NCBI GenBank assembly: GCA_002416285.1
Contig: DICM01000030.1
Span: 2,468 to 66,467 of the forward strand
Reading direction: 5' to 3'
From: Bacillales bacterium UBA5026
GTDB taxonomy: Bacteria > Bacillota_I > Bacilli_A > RF39 > UBA660
Length of the DNA stretch: 64,000 nt
The position numbers and the translations under genes are program-made. A model generated the notes under the pieces. It saw nothing but the letters and a program-made list of their open reading frames with translations, was not told the DNA's origin and searched no databases. This document shows, in pieces, positions 41,322-52,428 of this stretch. Positions within the stretch are counted from its first letter, which is position 1, and each line of letters starts with the position of its first letter.

Positions 41322-42413
41322 CTATAAGAGATCAACTAAGATCTCATTGGATATATACAATTTATGTTCTGGAATAAACATACGATCATCGTGATATTCG
41401 ATATTTTGTTTTCTCATCTCACGTTTTACAGAATCCAAACTTAGAAGATCAATTCCATATTTGTTTTGATATTCTGAAATTGACAAACCTTCTTTTAATC
41501 GAAGTTTCAGCAGCAATTCATACTCTTGATTTAGTTCTTTTGAAATACTTTCCTCTTCTAAGTGACGAGTTCCATTTAAATAAGCTGTTAAACTACGAGT
41601 ATTGGTATAACGAAGATTTTCTATATAACCACTAGCTCCTACTCCTATTCCATAATACCCTTTATTTCTCCAATATGTCAAGTTGTGCTTCGATTGATAT
41701 CCAATCTTCGCAAAGTTACTAATCTCATAGTGCTCAAAATTATTTTCTTTTAACTTATGACAAATAAGATTATACATCTCTGCATCTAAATCTTCTGAGA
41801 TCGGCTGAATATTCTCAATATAAAGTTTTGTATTCGGTTCAATCATTAAAGAATAGGTGGAGATATGAGTAATTGGCAATGTTAGAAAAAAATTGATATC
41901 TTTTTCTAATTCTTCCATTGTTTCATTTGGAAATGCATACATAAGATCAACATTAATGTTTTTAATTCCCATCCGAGAAATCAGATTGATTTTATATTCT
42001 ATTTCGTCCTGATTATGATGGCGATTTAATTTTGCTAAATGATGATCATGCGTAGTTTGAATTCCTATACTTACTCGATTAATACCATGCTTTAAAAATA
42101 AACTGATCTGTTCTTTTGTAATTAGTTCAACATTACATTCAATCGTATATTCTATATTCTCTTGCTTAGGTAATGTATCAATCCAATTAAGTAATATTTC
42201 CAATTCCTTATTGGATAAAGAGTTAGGAGTCCCACCACCAATATAGATTGTTGATAGTGGTCTACTTAATCCATATTCGTCTAATTCTTTTCTTAATGCT
42301 TCGATGTAAGGTTTTGTCCATTTCTCTTGATAAAAGACCTTACAAAAATCACAATAAGAACAAATTGTTTTACAAAATGGGATATGAATATAGAGTGCTT
42401 CCATGTACTTCAC
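41322..42413 (-). CDS. hemW: Radical SAM heme chaperone HemW (HemN-like, oxygen-independent coproporphyrinogen oxidase family)
   Basis: IHIPFCKTICSYCDFC. Conserved position near lepA. Confidence 0.8.
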   Translation of the reverse strand: MKYMEALYIHIPFCKTICSYCDFCKVFYQEKWTKPYIEALRKELDEYGLSRPLSTIYIGGGTPNSLSNKELEILLNWIDTLPKQENIEYTIECNVELITKEQISLFLKHGINRVSIGIQTTHDHHLAKLNRHHNQDEIEYKINLISRMGIKNINVDLMYAFPNETMEELEKDINFFLTLPITHISTYSLMIEPNTKLYIENIQPISEDLDAEMYNLICHKLKENNFEHYEISNFAKIGYQSKHNLTYWRNKGYYGIGVGASGYIENLRYTNTRSLTAYLNGTRHLEEESISKELNQEYELLLKLRLKEGLSISEYQNKYGIDLLSLDSVKREMRKQNIEYHDDRMFIPEHKLYISNEILVDLL

Positions 42414-42536
42414 CTATTTCTATTATACAAAAAAGATTCCCAAAAGGGAAACTTTTATGTTCTAAAGATGAAAATAATCTTTTTCTTGATGCGATTGCTT
42501 ATCTCAAACCAAATTTTGATATCACTAAAATTATTT

Positions 42537-43205
42537 TTACTTTTTAAGTGTTTTTTGATTTAAATACTTAGCTTGTTTCCTTCGGATATTTACATTATCG
42601 ACACTATCGTTCATCAGATAGGCAATCATAGTACTATTGTATCCCCTAGCTTCTAATTGATTAACAGTTTCAATTAATTCTAGTTGATCTTCTGACAAAC
42701 CTTTTCTTCTTTTTTTTTGGTCGTTTATACTTTGAACAATTAAGAATTTTGCAGGATCGATTTCCTGTAGTTTATCCGTTAAGAAATAGTGAATAGTTCC
42801 AATTGGAACATTAAATCGATTCGCGATTTCGTTATGACCAGCACTATACATAATCTTATAATCAGCAATTTTACAAATAAAATTTGCTTTAGATAAGTGA
42901 TTTTTTTTAAGATTAATATTTAGATTTTTCATAATTGAATTTATTTCTTCTGATAAACTATTAGAAATCTCTTCAGATGCACAACTTTGTATTTGTACAA
43001 TCTGATCTACCCATTTTAAGTAGTCATATTCTTCTATTGTTCCATATATTTTATTTTTAGGCAAATACTTTCTTAAAAATGGATCTCTTAAGATAAGTTC
43101 CTCATCCTTAGGATTTTCTAAATTATTTATATAGTTTTCATGTTGAATTATTTCATTCCATATTTTTGTTCCAAAAATCTCACAAATGTAATTTTCATTT
43201 TCCAA
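42537..43205 (-). CDS. SpoIIID-like HTH protein (paralog C) with extra N- and C-terminal regions
   Basis: The internal segment HNEIANRFNVPIGTIHYFLTDKLQEIDPAKF resembles the SpoIIID HTH (VSKSTVHKDLTERLPEINPDL). Confidence 0.45.
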   Translation of the reverse strand: MENENYICEIFGTKIWNEIIQHENYINNLENPKDEELILRDPFLRKYLPKNKIYGTIEEYDYLKWVDQIVQIQSCASEEISNSLSEEINSIMKNLNINLKKNHLSKANFICKIADYKIMYSAGHNEIANRFNVPIGTIHYFLTDKLQEIDPAKFLIVQSINDQKKRRKGLSEDQLELIETVNQLEARGYNSTMIAYLMNDSVDNVNIRRKQAKYLNQKTLKK

Positions 43206-43319
43206 CAGACCTTTTATATTAGGAATTGTCGGCTCACCATTTGTCCATTGTAAATAGTTTAGATAATTTTGTAATTCTTCTTTTGAATAAAGACCTGTTA
43301 AATAAAGCTCTATTAAAAA

Positions 43320-44009
43320 CTAATAAGTTCTTTTTTCTTGTTGATTGACTTGTCCCAACCGAATCATTTCATGTTGTTTTGTTCTAGAATTTGATTGCAA
43401 TGTATGCTGTTCTAGTATTAATCTTTGAGACTCTTCTCGATATGTCTGCATATATTTGATCTTTTTTTGTTGTAACTTTTCATGAGATTGAGCTAATTTA
43501 TCCTGAATATTTACTAGTGCTTTTTTAGAAGAATCTCTAATTCCCTCTACCCAAGTTTGTAGTAATATTTCATCTTTTTCAGTTAACATTGTTCTATTCT
43601 CAACTTTGGCTTCATCTGGTATAGACAGTTTCTTATTAACTAGCTTGATTCTTTGACGCAGATGATTAATCTGCTCATTAAATGTATGAAATAGCTCTTT
43701 ATAAATTTCTTCCACACTTAAGCCTTTTTCTAATAATTCTGCTACGTTCTGATACAATTCATCTTTAGCTGGCAGTGCAAATTTATTCTTAAGTTGAGCA
43801 AAACTTTTTTCAAAGATTTCTTTTTCTTTCTCTGTTCCATTTAATTCTGCTAGTTGAATTTTCTTTGCTTTTTCTTCCAGTCTTAAACTTCGAACTGTCT
43901 CTAATAAAGGCGTCAAAGTTGTAGAGGGCTTTTCTTTCACTGTTTGTTTTATATCAATACCTTCTAATAAGCAAGAAACAATATTTTGTTTGTATTCAAA
44001 AATTGCCAA
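43320..44009 (-). CDS. Coiled-coil hypothetical protein (TTG start, possibly 5'-decayed)
   Basis: 229 aa, Lys/Glu/Gln-rich heptad character. It has no ATG start and only a weak RBS. Upstream frames contain ATG-less protein-like ORFs. Confidence 0.35.
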   Translation of the reverse strand: MAIFEYKQNIVSCLLEGIDIKQTVKEKPSTTLTPLLETVRSLRLEEKAKKIQLAELNGTEKEKEIFEKSFAQLKNKFALPAKDELYQNVAELLEKGLSVEEIYKELFHTFNEQINHLRQRIKLVNKKLSIPDEAKVENRTMLTEKDEILLQTWVEGIRDSSKKALVNIQDKLAQSHEKLQQKKIKYMQTYREESQRLILEQHTLQSNSRTKQHEMIRLGQVNQQEKRTY

Positions 44010-44304
44010 ACTATTATTTACTTTCCATAGCTTTTCAAGAATTGTATTATATCTTCCAAAAGTATTATAACTACCAAATGCAGATTCTATTTTATTTATT
44101 TCACGACACGAAAGTCCATATGTTCCACTTTATAATATATCTTGAATATAGTGTAAACGCTCTTTTATATTTTTCTGCTGTAATGATACTGATTGACTAC
44201 ATAAACTATCAAATAATTCAGAATCATTTAAAAACGCTAATAACAACTGTTCTTTTCGTTTTCTTTCTACTCCTAGTATAAAAAATCCCTCTTTTTTCTA
44301 TCTT

Positions 44305-44332
44305 ATTATATAGGAAAATGTATTTTTGTCAA
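44305..44332 (-). promoter_or_regulatory. Consensus sigma-A promoter P2
   Basis: Minus strand reads TTGACA-N16-TATAAT. Near-duplicate of P1. Confidence 0.55.
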
Positions 44333-44367
44333 GAAATTTATAAAGAAAAAATTCCTATCTTGGAATT

Positions 44368-44955
44368 CTATTTACTTTTCGTTCTTTTATTTTTTCCTTC
44401 TATACCTTCACTATTGTAAACCATTGTGCCATCAGTGATTTGTGTAAATGGAATGAAATTTGCAACTGTCACATCTTGATTATTTAAATTTAAAAATGAA
44501 TTTCTTTCTAGAATCTTTTTAATGTTTTCTAGAAAGATATCATCATCAACAATTTTTCGTAATCTTAGATTTAAATCATTATATATTGTATAGACTGTTA
44601 TTGTCCCATATTGATTTTCTGTATCTTCATTTAAAATTTCTACTATCATGGGAACAGTATAGCCTTCTAGTAAAAGGTTTATAACCTTTTTTATTCTATT
44701 AAATACAATCTCATTATCAACTGTCTTCGCACGATTTTCTTGAATTATTTTACTTACTTCTTGATATAGTTCTGGATCTATTTTTGGGAGTCTCTGTTGC
44801 AAATAACTATGAACCGTAGCATTGCTAATTGGAAAATAATGTTCGCTTATAAACGAAGCAAGTTGTCGTGTTGAAAAGCCAGTTTCTTTTGCACATGTAG
44901 CCACAAGTATAACTCTTTTTTTTATTTCTTCTGCTTTTACATCTTCATATGTCAT
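44368..44955 (-). CDS. SpoIIID-like HTH protein (paralog A) with a 110-aa C-terminal domain
   Basis: FSTRQLASFISEHYFPISNATVHSYLQQRLPKIDPELYQEVSKII aligns with the SpoIIID S.TVH..L..RLP.I.P.L..EV..I pattern. Confidence 0.5.
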   Translation of the reverse strand: MTYEDVKAEEIKKRVILVATCAKETGFSTRQLASFISEHYFPISNATVHSYLQQRLPKIDPELYQEVSKIIQENRAKTVDNEIVFNRIKKVINLLLEGYTVPMIVEILNEDTENQYGTITVYTIYNDLNLRLRKIVDDDIFLENIKKILERNSFLNLNNQDVTVANFIPFTQITDGTMVYNSEGIEGKNKRTKSK

Positions 44956-44986
44956 GATAAATCTTACATCCCCTTTTTCCTATATT

Positions 44987-45014
44987 ATTATAAAGAAAAA
45001 TATCTTTTTGTCAA
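44987..45014 (-). promoter_or_regulatory. Consensus sigma-A promoter P1
   Basis: Minus strand reads TTGACA-AAAAGATATTTTTCTT-TATAAT, directly downstream of the lepA terminator. Confidence 0.6.
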
Positions 45015-45039
45015 GAAAAAAACTAGTATTTCTAGTTTT
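45015..45039 (-). terminator. lepA rho-independent terminator
   Basis: Minus strand reads AAAACTAG-AAATA-CTAGTTTT followed by TTTTTC. The stem includes the TAG stop codon. Confidence 0.6.
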
Positions 45040-46831
45040 CTTCATCCATACTTAGAACTGCTAAGAAGGCTTCTTGTGGTATTTCAACATTACCTACTAT
45101 CTTCATTCTTTTTTTACCTTCTTTTTGTTTCTCTAATAATTTTCGTTTTCGAGAGACATCCCCGCCATAACATTTCGCTAAAACATTTTTACGTAACGCT
45201 TTTATGTCTGAACGAGCAATAACCTTAGCTCCAATACTAGCTTGAATAGGAACTTCAAATTGTTGTCTTGGGATTAATTTTCTTAAATTTTCAACGATTG
45301 CTTTTCCTCTTTTATATGCGAAATCGCGATGTACAATGATACTTAATGCATCTACTGGATCGCCATTTAATAAAATATCCATTTTTACTAAATCACTTTT
45401 CTTATAACCGATAATCTCATAATCAAAGGAAGCGTATCCCTTAGTATAAGATTTTAATTTGTCAAAAAAATCGTATACTATTTCCGATAAAGGAATTTCA
45501 TAGTGAATATTCACTCTGGTTTGATCTAAATATTCCATCGAAATATAAGTTCCTCGCTTATCCTGACAAAGTTCCATAATTGCTCCAATATAATTACTTG
45601 GTACGAAAATATTGGTTCGAATATATGGTTCACTAACTGATGCGATACTGCCTCGATCTGGCATTAATGAGGGGCTATCAATCGTAATATGTGAATGATC
45701 AGTCAATTCAACATCGTAGATTACGGAAGGAGATGTAGCTATTAATTCAATGTTAAATTCTCTTTCAATTCGCTCTTCAATAATTTCCATATGCAGTAGT
45801 CCCAAAAATCCAGTTCGAAAACCAAATCCTAACGCCTGAGATGTTTCAGGAGTAAACTCTAAAGAGGCATCATTTAACTTTAATTTTTCTAATGCTTCTC
45901 TTAAATCTGGAAATTTATTTGATTCAATTGGATAAAGGCCACAGAACACCATTGGTTTCATCGGTTTATATCCGTGAATTGGCTCTATTTTAGAGCCGGC
46001 TGTTGTAATCGTATCTCCTACTTGTACATCCTCAATACTTTTAATACTAGCACATAGAAAACCAACTTCTCCAGTTTCTAATAGTCTCTTCTTTTTTTCT
46101 GTTGGAGCGTGAACACCAAGTTCTACTACTTCATATTCCGCACCTGTTGCCAGCATCTTTACTTTATCTCCAACTTTTACAGAACCATCCATAACACGAA
46201 TTAAAGCAACAATTCCACGATATGCATCGTAATAACTATCAAATATCAATGCTTTTAATGGTTTTGTTTCTTCGCCTTGTGGGGCCGGGATTTTTTCGAT
46301 TACAGTATTTAATAAATCTTCAATTCCAATTCCATTTTTCGCGCTTGTTAAAACAATTTCATCTTCCATAAATCCTAATGTATCCATTAGTTCTTGTTTT
46401 ACTTTTTCTGGGTTAGCATTCGGTAGATCAATTTTATTAATAACCGGGATAATCGTTAGATTATTATCAAGCGCTAGATAGAGATTTGCTAAAGTCTGGG
46501 CTTCTATTCCTTGAGCCGCATCAACAACTAAAATAGCTCCCTCACAAGCTGCTAAACTTCTACTTACTTCATAAGAGAAGTCAACATGACCTGGAGTATC
46601 AATTAAATGTAACAGATAATCTTCATTTTTATAGTGATAATTTAATTGAACAGCATTTAATTTAATTGTAATTCCACGTTCTCTTTCAATATCCATATTA
46701 TCTAACAGTTGATTTTGTTTTTCACGATCCGTAATGGCTCCTGTTTTTTCAAGAATACGGTCTGCTAAAGTACTTTTTCCATGATCAATATGAGCAATAA
46801 TCGAAAAGTTGCGTATGTTTTTTTGTTTCAT
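45032..46831 (-). CDS. lepA: Elongation factor 4 (LepA)
   Basis: [20 protein letters not shown] and DTPGHVDF GTPase motifs, and the LepA C-terminal domain. Confidence 0.95.
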   Translation of the reverse strand: MKQKNIRNFSIIAHIDHGKSTLADRILEKTGAITDREKQNQLLDNMDIERERGITIKLNAVQLNYHYKNEDYLLHLIDTPGHVDFSYEVSRSLAACEGAILVVDAAQGIEAQTLANLYLALDNNLTIIPVINKIDLPNANPEKVKQELMDTLGFMEDEIVLTSAKNGIGIEDLLNTVIEKIPAPQGEETKPLKALIFDSYYDAYRGIVALIRVMDGSVKVGDKVKMLATGAEYEVVELGVHAPTEKKKRLLETGEVGFLCASIKSIEDVQVGDTITTAGSKIEPIHGYKPMKPMVFCGLYPIESNKFPDLREALEKLKLNDASLEFTPETSQALGFGFRTGFLGLLHMEIIEERIEREFNIELIATSPSVIYDVELTDHSHITIDSPSLMPDRGSIASVSEPYIRTNIFVPSNYIGAIMELCQDKRGTYISMEYLDQTRVNIHYEIPLSEIVYDFFDKLKSYTKGYASFDYEIIGYKKSDLVKMDILLNGDPVDALSIIVHRDFAYKRGKAIVENLRKLIPRQQFEVPIQASIGAKVIARSDIKALRKNVLAKCYGGDVSRKRKLLEKQKEGKKRMKIVGNVEIPQEAFLAVLSMDEEN

Positions 46832-46921
46832 GTTCTCACCTAACTCATTATATCATGCCATATCTATCAACTGCAATAAAATAATAAAGGAACACAAAAG
46901 AAAAACCGGGATTAGCGGCTT

Positions 46922-47482
46922 TCATAAAAAATACTTTTTAACCTTTTCAATTTCTCTAGGACTAAAATTTTCTTGATAAAGTAGTGATGTGGATTCCCAA
47001 TTTACTTTTCCAAAATGATAATATATGAAGCTTTTTAAGATTAAGTGTCTCTTTACTATATCTGATTTTTTGTCATCGAGTATTTCATATATAAATTCTG
47101 CTTTAATCTGACTTTGAAAGGATTCTTGAATTATCTTTTCGATACAAAGAGATAAAAGATAATTCTTAGGGATCATTGGAACAATATTCAATCCGAATAA
47201 TTCGTTTTTTACTTCATCTATACCACTATATTGATAACAGTCCGAAACATTTACCCTATTTCTTCTAGCGAAAAAATAGCACATTTGTTGGTGATTCCTA
47301 ACTGTCTTTATATCTATTAAATTAGAATATTCTATTAATAGATTTTGAATTTTTTCAATGATCTTTTCCAAATCCTCTTTTAAATATTGAACCTGATCAA
47401 AACTCTGGATAGTTTTCTGATTTTGAGTTGTTAAAGTCGGAAGATAATTTCTTTTATCAGCATACTTCATAAACTCCTCCAT
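46922..47482 (-). CDS. Hypothetical protein
   Basis: 186 aa, between spoIIP/yqxA-like and lepA. Confidence 0.35.
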   Translation of the reverse strand: MEEFMKYADKRNYLPTLTTQNQKTIQSFDQVQYLKEDLEKIIEKIQNLLIEYSNLIDIKTVRNHQQMCYFFARRNRVNVSDCYQYSGIDEVKNELFGLNIVPMIPKNYLLSLCIEKIIQESFQSQIKAEFIYEILDDKKSDIVKRHLILKSFIYYHFGKVNWESTSLLYQENFSPREIEKVKKYFL

Positions 47483-47517
47483 AATATTTCTTGAAACTTT
47501 GTTTGTAAAATTTAAAA

Positions 47518-47862
47518 CTATTCGGACATGATACTATTTAGAAATTCAAACGTTGCTTCTAAACCACTTTGCACCACTCCACCTAAATCTTTCGATAACT
47601 GCAATCCAAATGAAGATATTTTTGTTTTATAATCCGGAGTTTTCGATTCCATATAATCTTTAATGTCAATATTCTTTCCATCAGCTACATCTTTTTCAAA
47701 TTGCTTAATTTTTTCATTTGTTAATACTACTTTTTGATGTTGTTCATATTCATAATAGCCAGTAGCTTGTGAAACATAAAGTGCTAGAAAGGAAATAAAT
47801 AAAGCAAGAAACACCCTCCAACATATCTTTGTGGCTAGTTTTTTCTTATCTTCAATTTTCAT
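47518..47862 (-). CDS. Small membrane protein (YqxA-like by position)
   Basis: An N-terminal TM helix. Sits immediately downstream of spoIIP, as yqxA does in Bacillus. Confidence 0.35.
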   Translation of the reverse strand: MKIEDKKKLATKICWRVFLALFISFLALYVSQATGYYEYEQHQKVVLTNEKIKQFEKDVADGKNIDIKDYMESKTPDYKTKISSFGLQLSKDLGGVVQSGLEATFEFLNSIMSE

Positions 47863-47866
47863 TTAT

Positions 47867-48871
47867 TCACCCCATATATTCTTTTAAAACTCCAGCTAAA
47901 GCAGTCACTGTATTCATTACTTCATCGATGGTATTTTCTGTTCCACCACATTCAATTAGGAGCATTTTATCCTTTAAGTCTTGATTGTATACGCCGTTCA
48001 CTCCAACTCCAGATTTAGTGATAACTCCCCTTGTTAAGGTTGGATACTTTTCTTTTATTTTAGAATTAATTAAATTCGCAAATTCCAAAGTTGGTTCATA
48101 TCCTTTATATGCTGCACCGACAACAAACAATACTTTTGCATAGTTTTTGCCATCAATTGTAACTGTTGAAGCACTTTTTCCAATGGCGTCACGATGAATA
48201 TCGATAAAAACGTCTAGTGATGGATTTTTTGCGATCGCATCTTCTAAGAAATAATGTGTAACATCATAGCTTTTGGAGTAATCCCATCCATGTGCATTCA
48301 AGAAATCAGTTACATTTTGTTCTTCGACAATCGTTGGGATTCCCAAATCATTTAGTTTTTCTTTCATAATATAAGATGCCATTAATACATTTGGTGTTAT
48401 ATTATAGGCTTCATAGTTATTTCCGCTGTAATTTTCTAGTTGATGAGTATTGTAAATATATACTTTTGGTTGATCGACCGATACTGGATGAGGATCTTCA
48501 AAATAATTTGTATTTTGATTTGGTTTTGGATTATCCGCATCATTATTAGCTACAGTTACTGACTTTTCTTTAAACCCAAATACTTTTTCTAACATGGAAA
48601 CAGGAGCTTTTAAGTTTATCTCACTTAATGCCTGATAAAAATGGCTAAACAAATTTTTACTTCCTTTTTCATATAATAGATGATGATTAGAATCATTTAA
48701 TAATGCGGTTAAAAACTCTTCATTAGAAGACGCTAGACGAACATCAAGTAAATAGCTAAAGCATAGTTGTGCAACAAAATAGATTAATCCGGCTACAATC
48801 AATAATCGAAATAGCCATTTAAACGGTTTTCTTTTTTTCGCTACGAACTTTTTTGCCATAGTATCACCCAC
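47867..48871 (-). CDS. spoIIP: Stage II sporulation protein P (SpoIIP-family amidase/endopeptidase)
   Basis: N-terminal TM helix, IYNTHQLENY and DIHRDA motifs. Synteny matches Bacillus (spoIIP-yqxA-lepA). Confidence 0.6.
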   Translation of the reverse strand: MGDTMAKKFVAKKRKPFKWLFRLLIVAGLIYFVAQLCFSYLLDVRLASSNEEFLTALLNDSNHHLLYEKGSKNLFSHFYQALSEINLKAPVSMLEKVFGFKEKSVTVANNDADNPKPNQNTNYFEDPHPVSVDQPKVYIYNTHQLENYSGNNYEAYNITPNVLMASYIMKEKLNDLGIPTIVEEQNVTDFLNAHGWDYSKSYDVTHYFLEDAIAKNPSLDVFIDIHRDAIGKSASTVTIDGKNYAKVLFVVGAAYKGYEPTLEFANLINSKIKEKYPTLTRGVITKSGVGVNGVYNQDLKDKMLLIECGGTENTIDEVMNTVTALAGVLKEYMG

Positions 48872-49149
48872 TTTACTATATGCCCAATTATACTTTCCTA
48901 TGTCTTAGTTTCCTGTCGAAAAAAAAGAAGAGCATTTGAAATTAGCCTTCATTTTTGGACATTTTTTTATTTATTTTAATACTTTTTGATTTGCGTTCTT
49001 TATCTCATAATCAAATACGACAGCAGACTACCTTGCAATATTCATTTTGAAATTTGTTAAATCACTACAGCCACTAAAATAACATTTTTACATTGTTTAT
49101 ATTATTTTAATTTAAATAATTATCAAAAAACTGAAACAGCGTTCAGTTT

Positions 49150-50223
49150 TTAAAATACTCTTTTTCTTAAGAAGGCAGGAATATCACTATCATCGTCGTC
49201 ATTATTAGAACGTCTTGGTGTTTCCTCTTCTTTTACTTCTTCTCTTTTATATGATTGATATAAAGGTTCTGATGGTGCACTTTCAAATCCTGTTGCAATA
49301 ACAGTTACAATGATTTCATCAGTTAAATTTTCATTAATAACAGCTCCGAAAATAGTATTGATATCTGTATTTGCAGAAGTACGAATTACTTCAGCTGCTT
49401 CTTCAACTTCAAATAAAGTTAAGTTTGGACCTCCAGTGACATTAATAATCGCATCTGTAGCTCCTGCAATACTTGTTTCAAGAAGTGGGCTTGAAACCGC
49501 TTGACGAGCAGCCTCGCTCGCACGATTTTCACCAATCCCCATACCAATTCCAATAAGGGCATTTCCTCTTTTTTCCATAACTGCCTTAACGTCTGCAAAG
49601 TCTAGATTAATTAAGCCAGATACAGCAATCAAATCAGAGATTGATTGAACACCACGACGAAGTACATTATCAACTTCTTTGAATGATTCTAATAATGGTG
49701 TGGTTTTATCAATAATTTCCCTTAAACGATCATTTGGAATTACAATCAATGTATCGACATGTTTTTTTAGTTCCTCTAATCCAGCGATTGCTTGTTCCAT
49801 TCTTTTTTTTCCTTCAAATGAGAATGGTTTTGTGACAATACCAACTGTTAGTGCACCCATTTCTTGTGCAATATCAGCAATTACTGGTGCAGCACCTGTA
49901 CCAGTTCCACCACCCATACCACAAGTGATGAAAACCATATCAGCACCTTCTAAGGCAGCCTCAATTTCATTGCGGCTTTCTAGTGCAGCTTCTTTTCCAA
50001 TTTTAGGATCTGCTCCTGCTCCTAGTCCATTTGTTAAATCGATTCCTATTTGAATTTTAACTGGTGCTTTTGAATTATTTAATACTTGCAAATCCGTATT
50101 AGCAACAATAAAATCGACACCTTTAATCCCAGATTCAATCATTCGGTTAACAGCGTTACATCCTCCGCCACCAGCTCCAATAACTTTAATTTTTGCTAAT
50201 TGATCCATTTGTAATCCAAACAT
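49150..50223 (-). CDS. ftsZ: Cell division protein FtsZ
   Basis: [10 protein letters not shown] tubulin signature. Confidence 0.95.
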   Translation of the reverse strand: MFGLQMDQLAKIKVIGAGGGGCNAVNRMIESGIKGVDFIVANTDLQVLNNSKAPVKIQIGIDLTNGLGAGADPKIGKEAALESRNEIEAALEGADMVFITCGMGGGTGTGAAPVIADIAQEMGALTVGIVTKPFSFEGKKRMEQAIAGLEELKKHVDTLIVIPNDRLREIIDKTTPLLESFKEVDNVLRRGVQSISDLIAVSGLINLDFADVKAVMEKRGNALIGIGMGIGENRASEAARQAVSSPLLETSIAGATDAIINVTGGPNLTLFEVEEAAEVIRTSANTDINTIFGAVINENLTDEIIVTVIATGFESAPSEPLYQSYKREEVKEEETPRRSNNDDDDSDIPAFLRKRVF

Positions 50224-50234
50224 ATATATCCTCC

Positions 50235-51479
50235 TTAATCGTTGAAAAAGTAACCAAATACTCTACCTAACATAGAATCTGATGAAACGTTTATAGCTCC
50301 TTTTCCAGGAGATGATAATTGTTCCATATCAGTTTTTCGGATCATTGTATAATCTTGTCCTTTTAACTTTGTTTTTTGAATGAAATAAATAATATTACCT
50401 AAAGCAGTTGAGTATTTATTATTGCGAATACCCACTAAACGTACATAACCTACTTTAGCTTTTTTTTCGAGAATTTCCTCGGCAACCATTGAAAAATTAT
50501 CCATGGTACTAATTCCACCTGTAACTAGTATATAATCAACTGTTCTTTTTGTCAAAGAATTTATTTCTTTTTTTGCAGATAATAATATTTCTTCAATTCT
50601 AGACATTACTGTTTCTGACAATTCAAATTGATTTACTTTGACAGGCATCCCTAATTTATCTTCTATTTCACAAACGTCATTAACACTTGCATAATTCTTA
50701 TGTGCAAGGGCAAAATGTTCTTTTAAACGAATCGCATCTTTTTCATCGACTTTATATCTATACATGATATCGTGATCAACGTAGCGGCTTCCTTTTCCGA
50801 GTACAGAATTTTTTACCATAATTCCCTTATTATAAAGGGATACTGTCGTTGTATCATAACCGATGTTAATCAATGCTCCAACTTGACTTTCCATTTCCTT
50901 TTCTTTTAGTGCCGAGATATCAGCAATACTTCCTATTGTAATATCTACTACTTCAAGTCCTGCATTTTCAAGTAAGCTTACCACCGAATAAATATTTTTC
51001 TTCGGGGTTGTAACAGTAATGGCACGAATACCTAAAACATTTCCAAATAATCCTTTTGGATCTTTGATACCTACTTGTTCATCAACTGTGAAGTCGATTG
51101 GTAAAATACTTACAATTTCATGTGTGTCACTTTGTTTTTCTTCTACGATGAGTTTTAGCAAGTCTGAAATTTCTTTTCCTGTGATTGCTTCTTCTACATC
51201 GATTTGGATAGCTCCACTACTCATGGAAAATTCGGCAAAACAACTTGGAATAGTTGCAAGCACTTTTTGTATTTTAATGCCAAGCATCTGCTCCACTTCG
51301 TTTACCGCTTTTTCTAAAGATGCACTCGCCTCATAGACGTCTGTGATCAACCCTTTTTTTATTCCTTTGGACTGGGCAGATGATGCGGCAAGTAGATTTA
51401 ACTTGTTGTTAAAAAGCTCGCATACGACTACCTTGATGGAATCTGTACCAAGATCAATACTCGTATAGACATGCTTCAT
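50235..51479 (-). CDS. ftsA: Cell division protein FtsA
   Basis: Actin-like ATPase, [14 protein letters not shown]-terminus. Confidence 0.9.
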   Translation of the reverse strand: MKHVYTSIDLGTDSIKVVVCELFNNKLNLLAASSAQSKGIKKGLITDVYEASASLEKAVNEVEQMLGIKIQKVLATIPSCFAEFSMSSGAIQIDVEEAITGKEISDLLKLIVEEKQSDTHEIVSILPIDFTVDEQVGIKDPKGLFGNVLGIRAITVTTPKKNIYSVVSLLENAGLEVVDITIGSIADISALKEKEMESQVGALINIGYDTTTVSLYNKGIMVKNSVLGKGSRYVDHDIMYRYKVDEKDAIRLKEHFALAHKNYASVNDVCEIEDKLGMPVKVNQFELSETVMSRIEEILLSAKKEINSLTKRTVDYILVTGGISTMDNFSMVAEEILEKKAKVGYVRLVGIRNNKYSTALGNIIYFIQKTKLKGQDYTMIRKTDMEQLSSPGKGAINVSSDSMLGRVFGYFFND

Positions 51480-51606
51480 AATCTCATCTCCTACAATCTA
51501 TAACTCATTATACTATAAAATATAAGTTTAGGAAAGAGAAAAGCAAAAAAAGTTAGAATTTATAGAGTTTAAGGTGGAGTTGTGCAAAAAAAGAACTTTT
51601 ACGTTC

Positions 51607-52416
51607 TTATTGTATTATTTCAAAGTATTCTCCTGAGTCTAAATATAAAATACCTTTTTGATTTCCATTGGTCTTTATAATATTTTTCATAATATCCAAA
51701 TAATTATTAATACTATCAAACTTATCTAATGTTAAGTAAACATAATTACCATCTGCCATAGTAAGTAGAAATCTCTCATCATCGACATTGTTTGGATCAT
51801 ACATAAGAATGCTGATCCGTTTTAAAATCATTGGTTCGATTTCTGATATTTTTTCAATTAATTTTTGATAAGTCTTATCAGGAACATAATTAATTAAAAC
51901 AGTGGAAGCAAAAATACCATCCTCTTCTCTTTTATCCTGAAATAAAGTCCGATTCGTACTTTTATAATAGAATAGAGGATTGTTTTCTGTTACTTCAATG
52001 TAAATTTGACTGAGATTTTTCTTTTTGGTTTTTACCTTTTGAATATAAATGTTATCTTTTAACTTTTTTTCAACTTTCACACTCGATAATCCTAAAATGG
52101 AAGGATAATTTTGAATTTCAGCTAAATCAATAATCTCTTGATCGCTCAAATAAGTATTTCCAGAAATAAAAATATTGCGAATTGGTAATTGATAGAGATA
52201 ATTACCAATCAAATAAACGATACAAAGAAGAATTAAAAATATAAAAATACGATCGTACCGAAGTTTTATTTTTTTCTTTGGTTTCTTTTTCTTCGGTTGT
52301 GGTTTTTTTATCTGTTTTGGTGGTTGCTTTTTACTAGGGGACTTTCTATTCAAAGTCGTACTTTGTACAGGAGGTCTACTAGTAATTGGCTTTTTCACCG
52401 CCTTTTTCTTCTTCAT
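51607..52416 (-). CDS. divIB: Cell division protein DivIB/FtsQ
   Basis: Lys/Pro-rich cytoplasmic tail, a TM helix, then POTRA plus FtsQ domain. Confidence 0.75.
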   Translation of the reverse strand: MKKKKAVKKPITSRPPVQSTTLNRKSPSKKQPPKQIKKPQPKKKKPKKKIKLRYDRIFIFLILLCIVYLIGNYLYQLPIRNIFISGNTYLSDQEIIDLAEIQNYPSILGLSSVKVEKKLKDNIYIQKVKTKKKNLSQIYIEVTENNPLFYYKSTNRTLFQDKREEDGIFASTVLINYVPDKTYQKLIEKISEIEPMILKRISILMYDPNNVDDERFLLTMADGNYVYLTLDKFDSINNYLDIMKNIIKTNGNQKGILYLDSGEYFEIIQ

Positions 52417-52428
52417 ACAATCCCTCTT

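Noticed and set aside
44003-44281. 92-aa plus-strand ORF in the lepA-hemW island
   Set aside because: It is hydrophobic AT-rich antisense to the protein-like minus-strand frames and has no RBS.
48872-49149. Sigma-E-type promoter upstream of spoIIP
   Set aside because: Only a CATATAGT -10-like element is present. No ATATT -35 lies at the proper spacing, so it is not reported as a feature.
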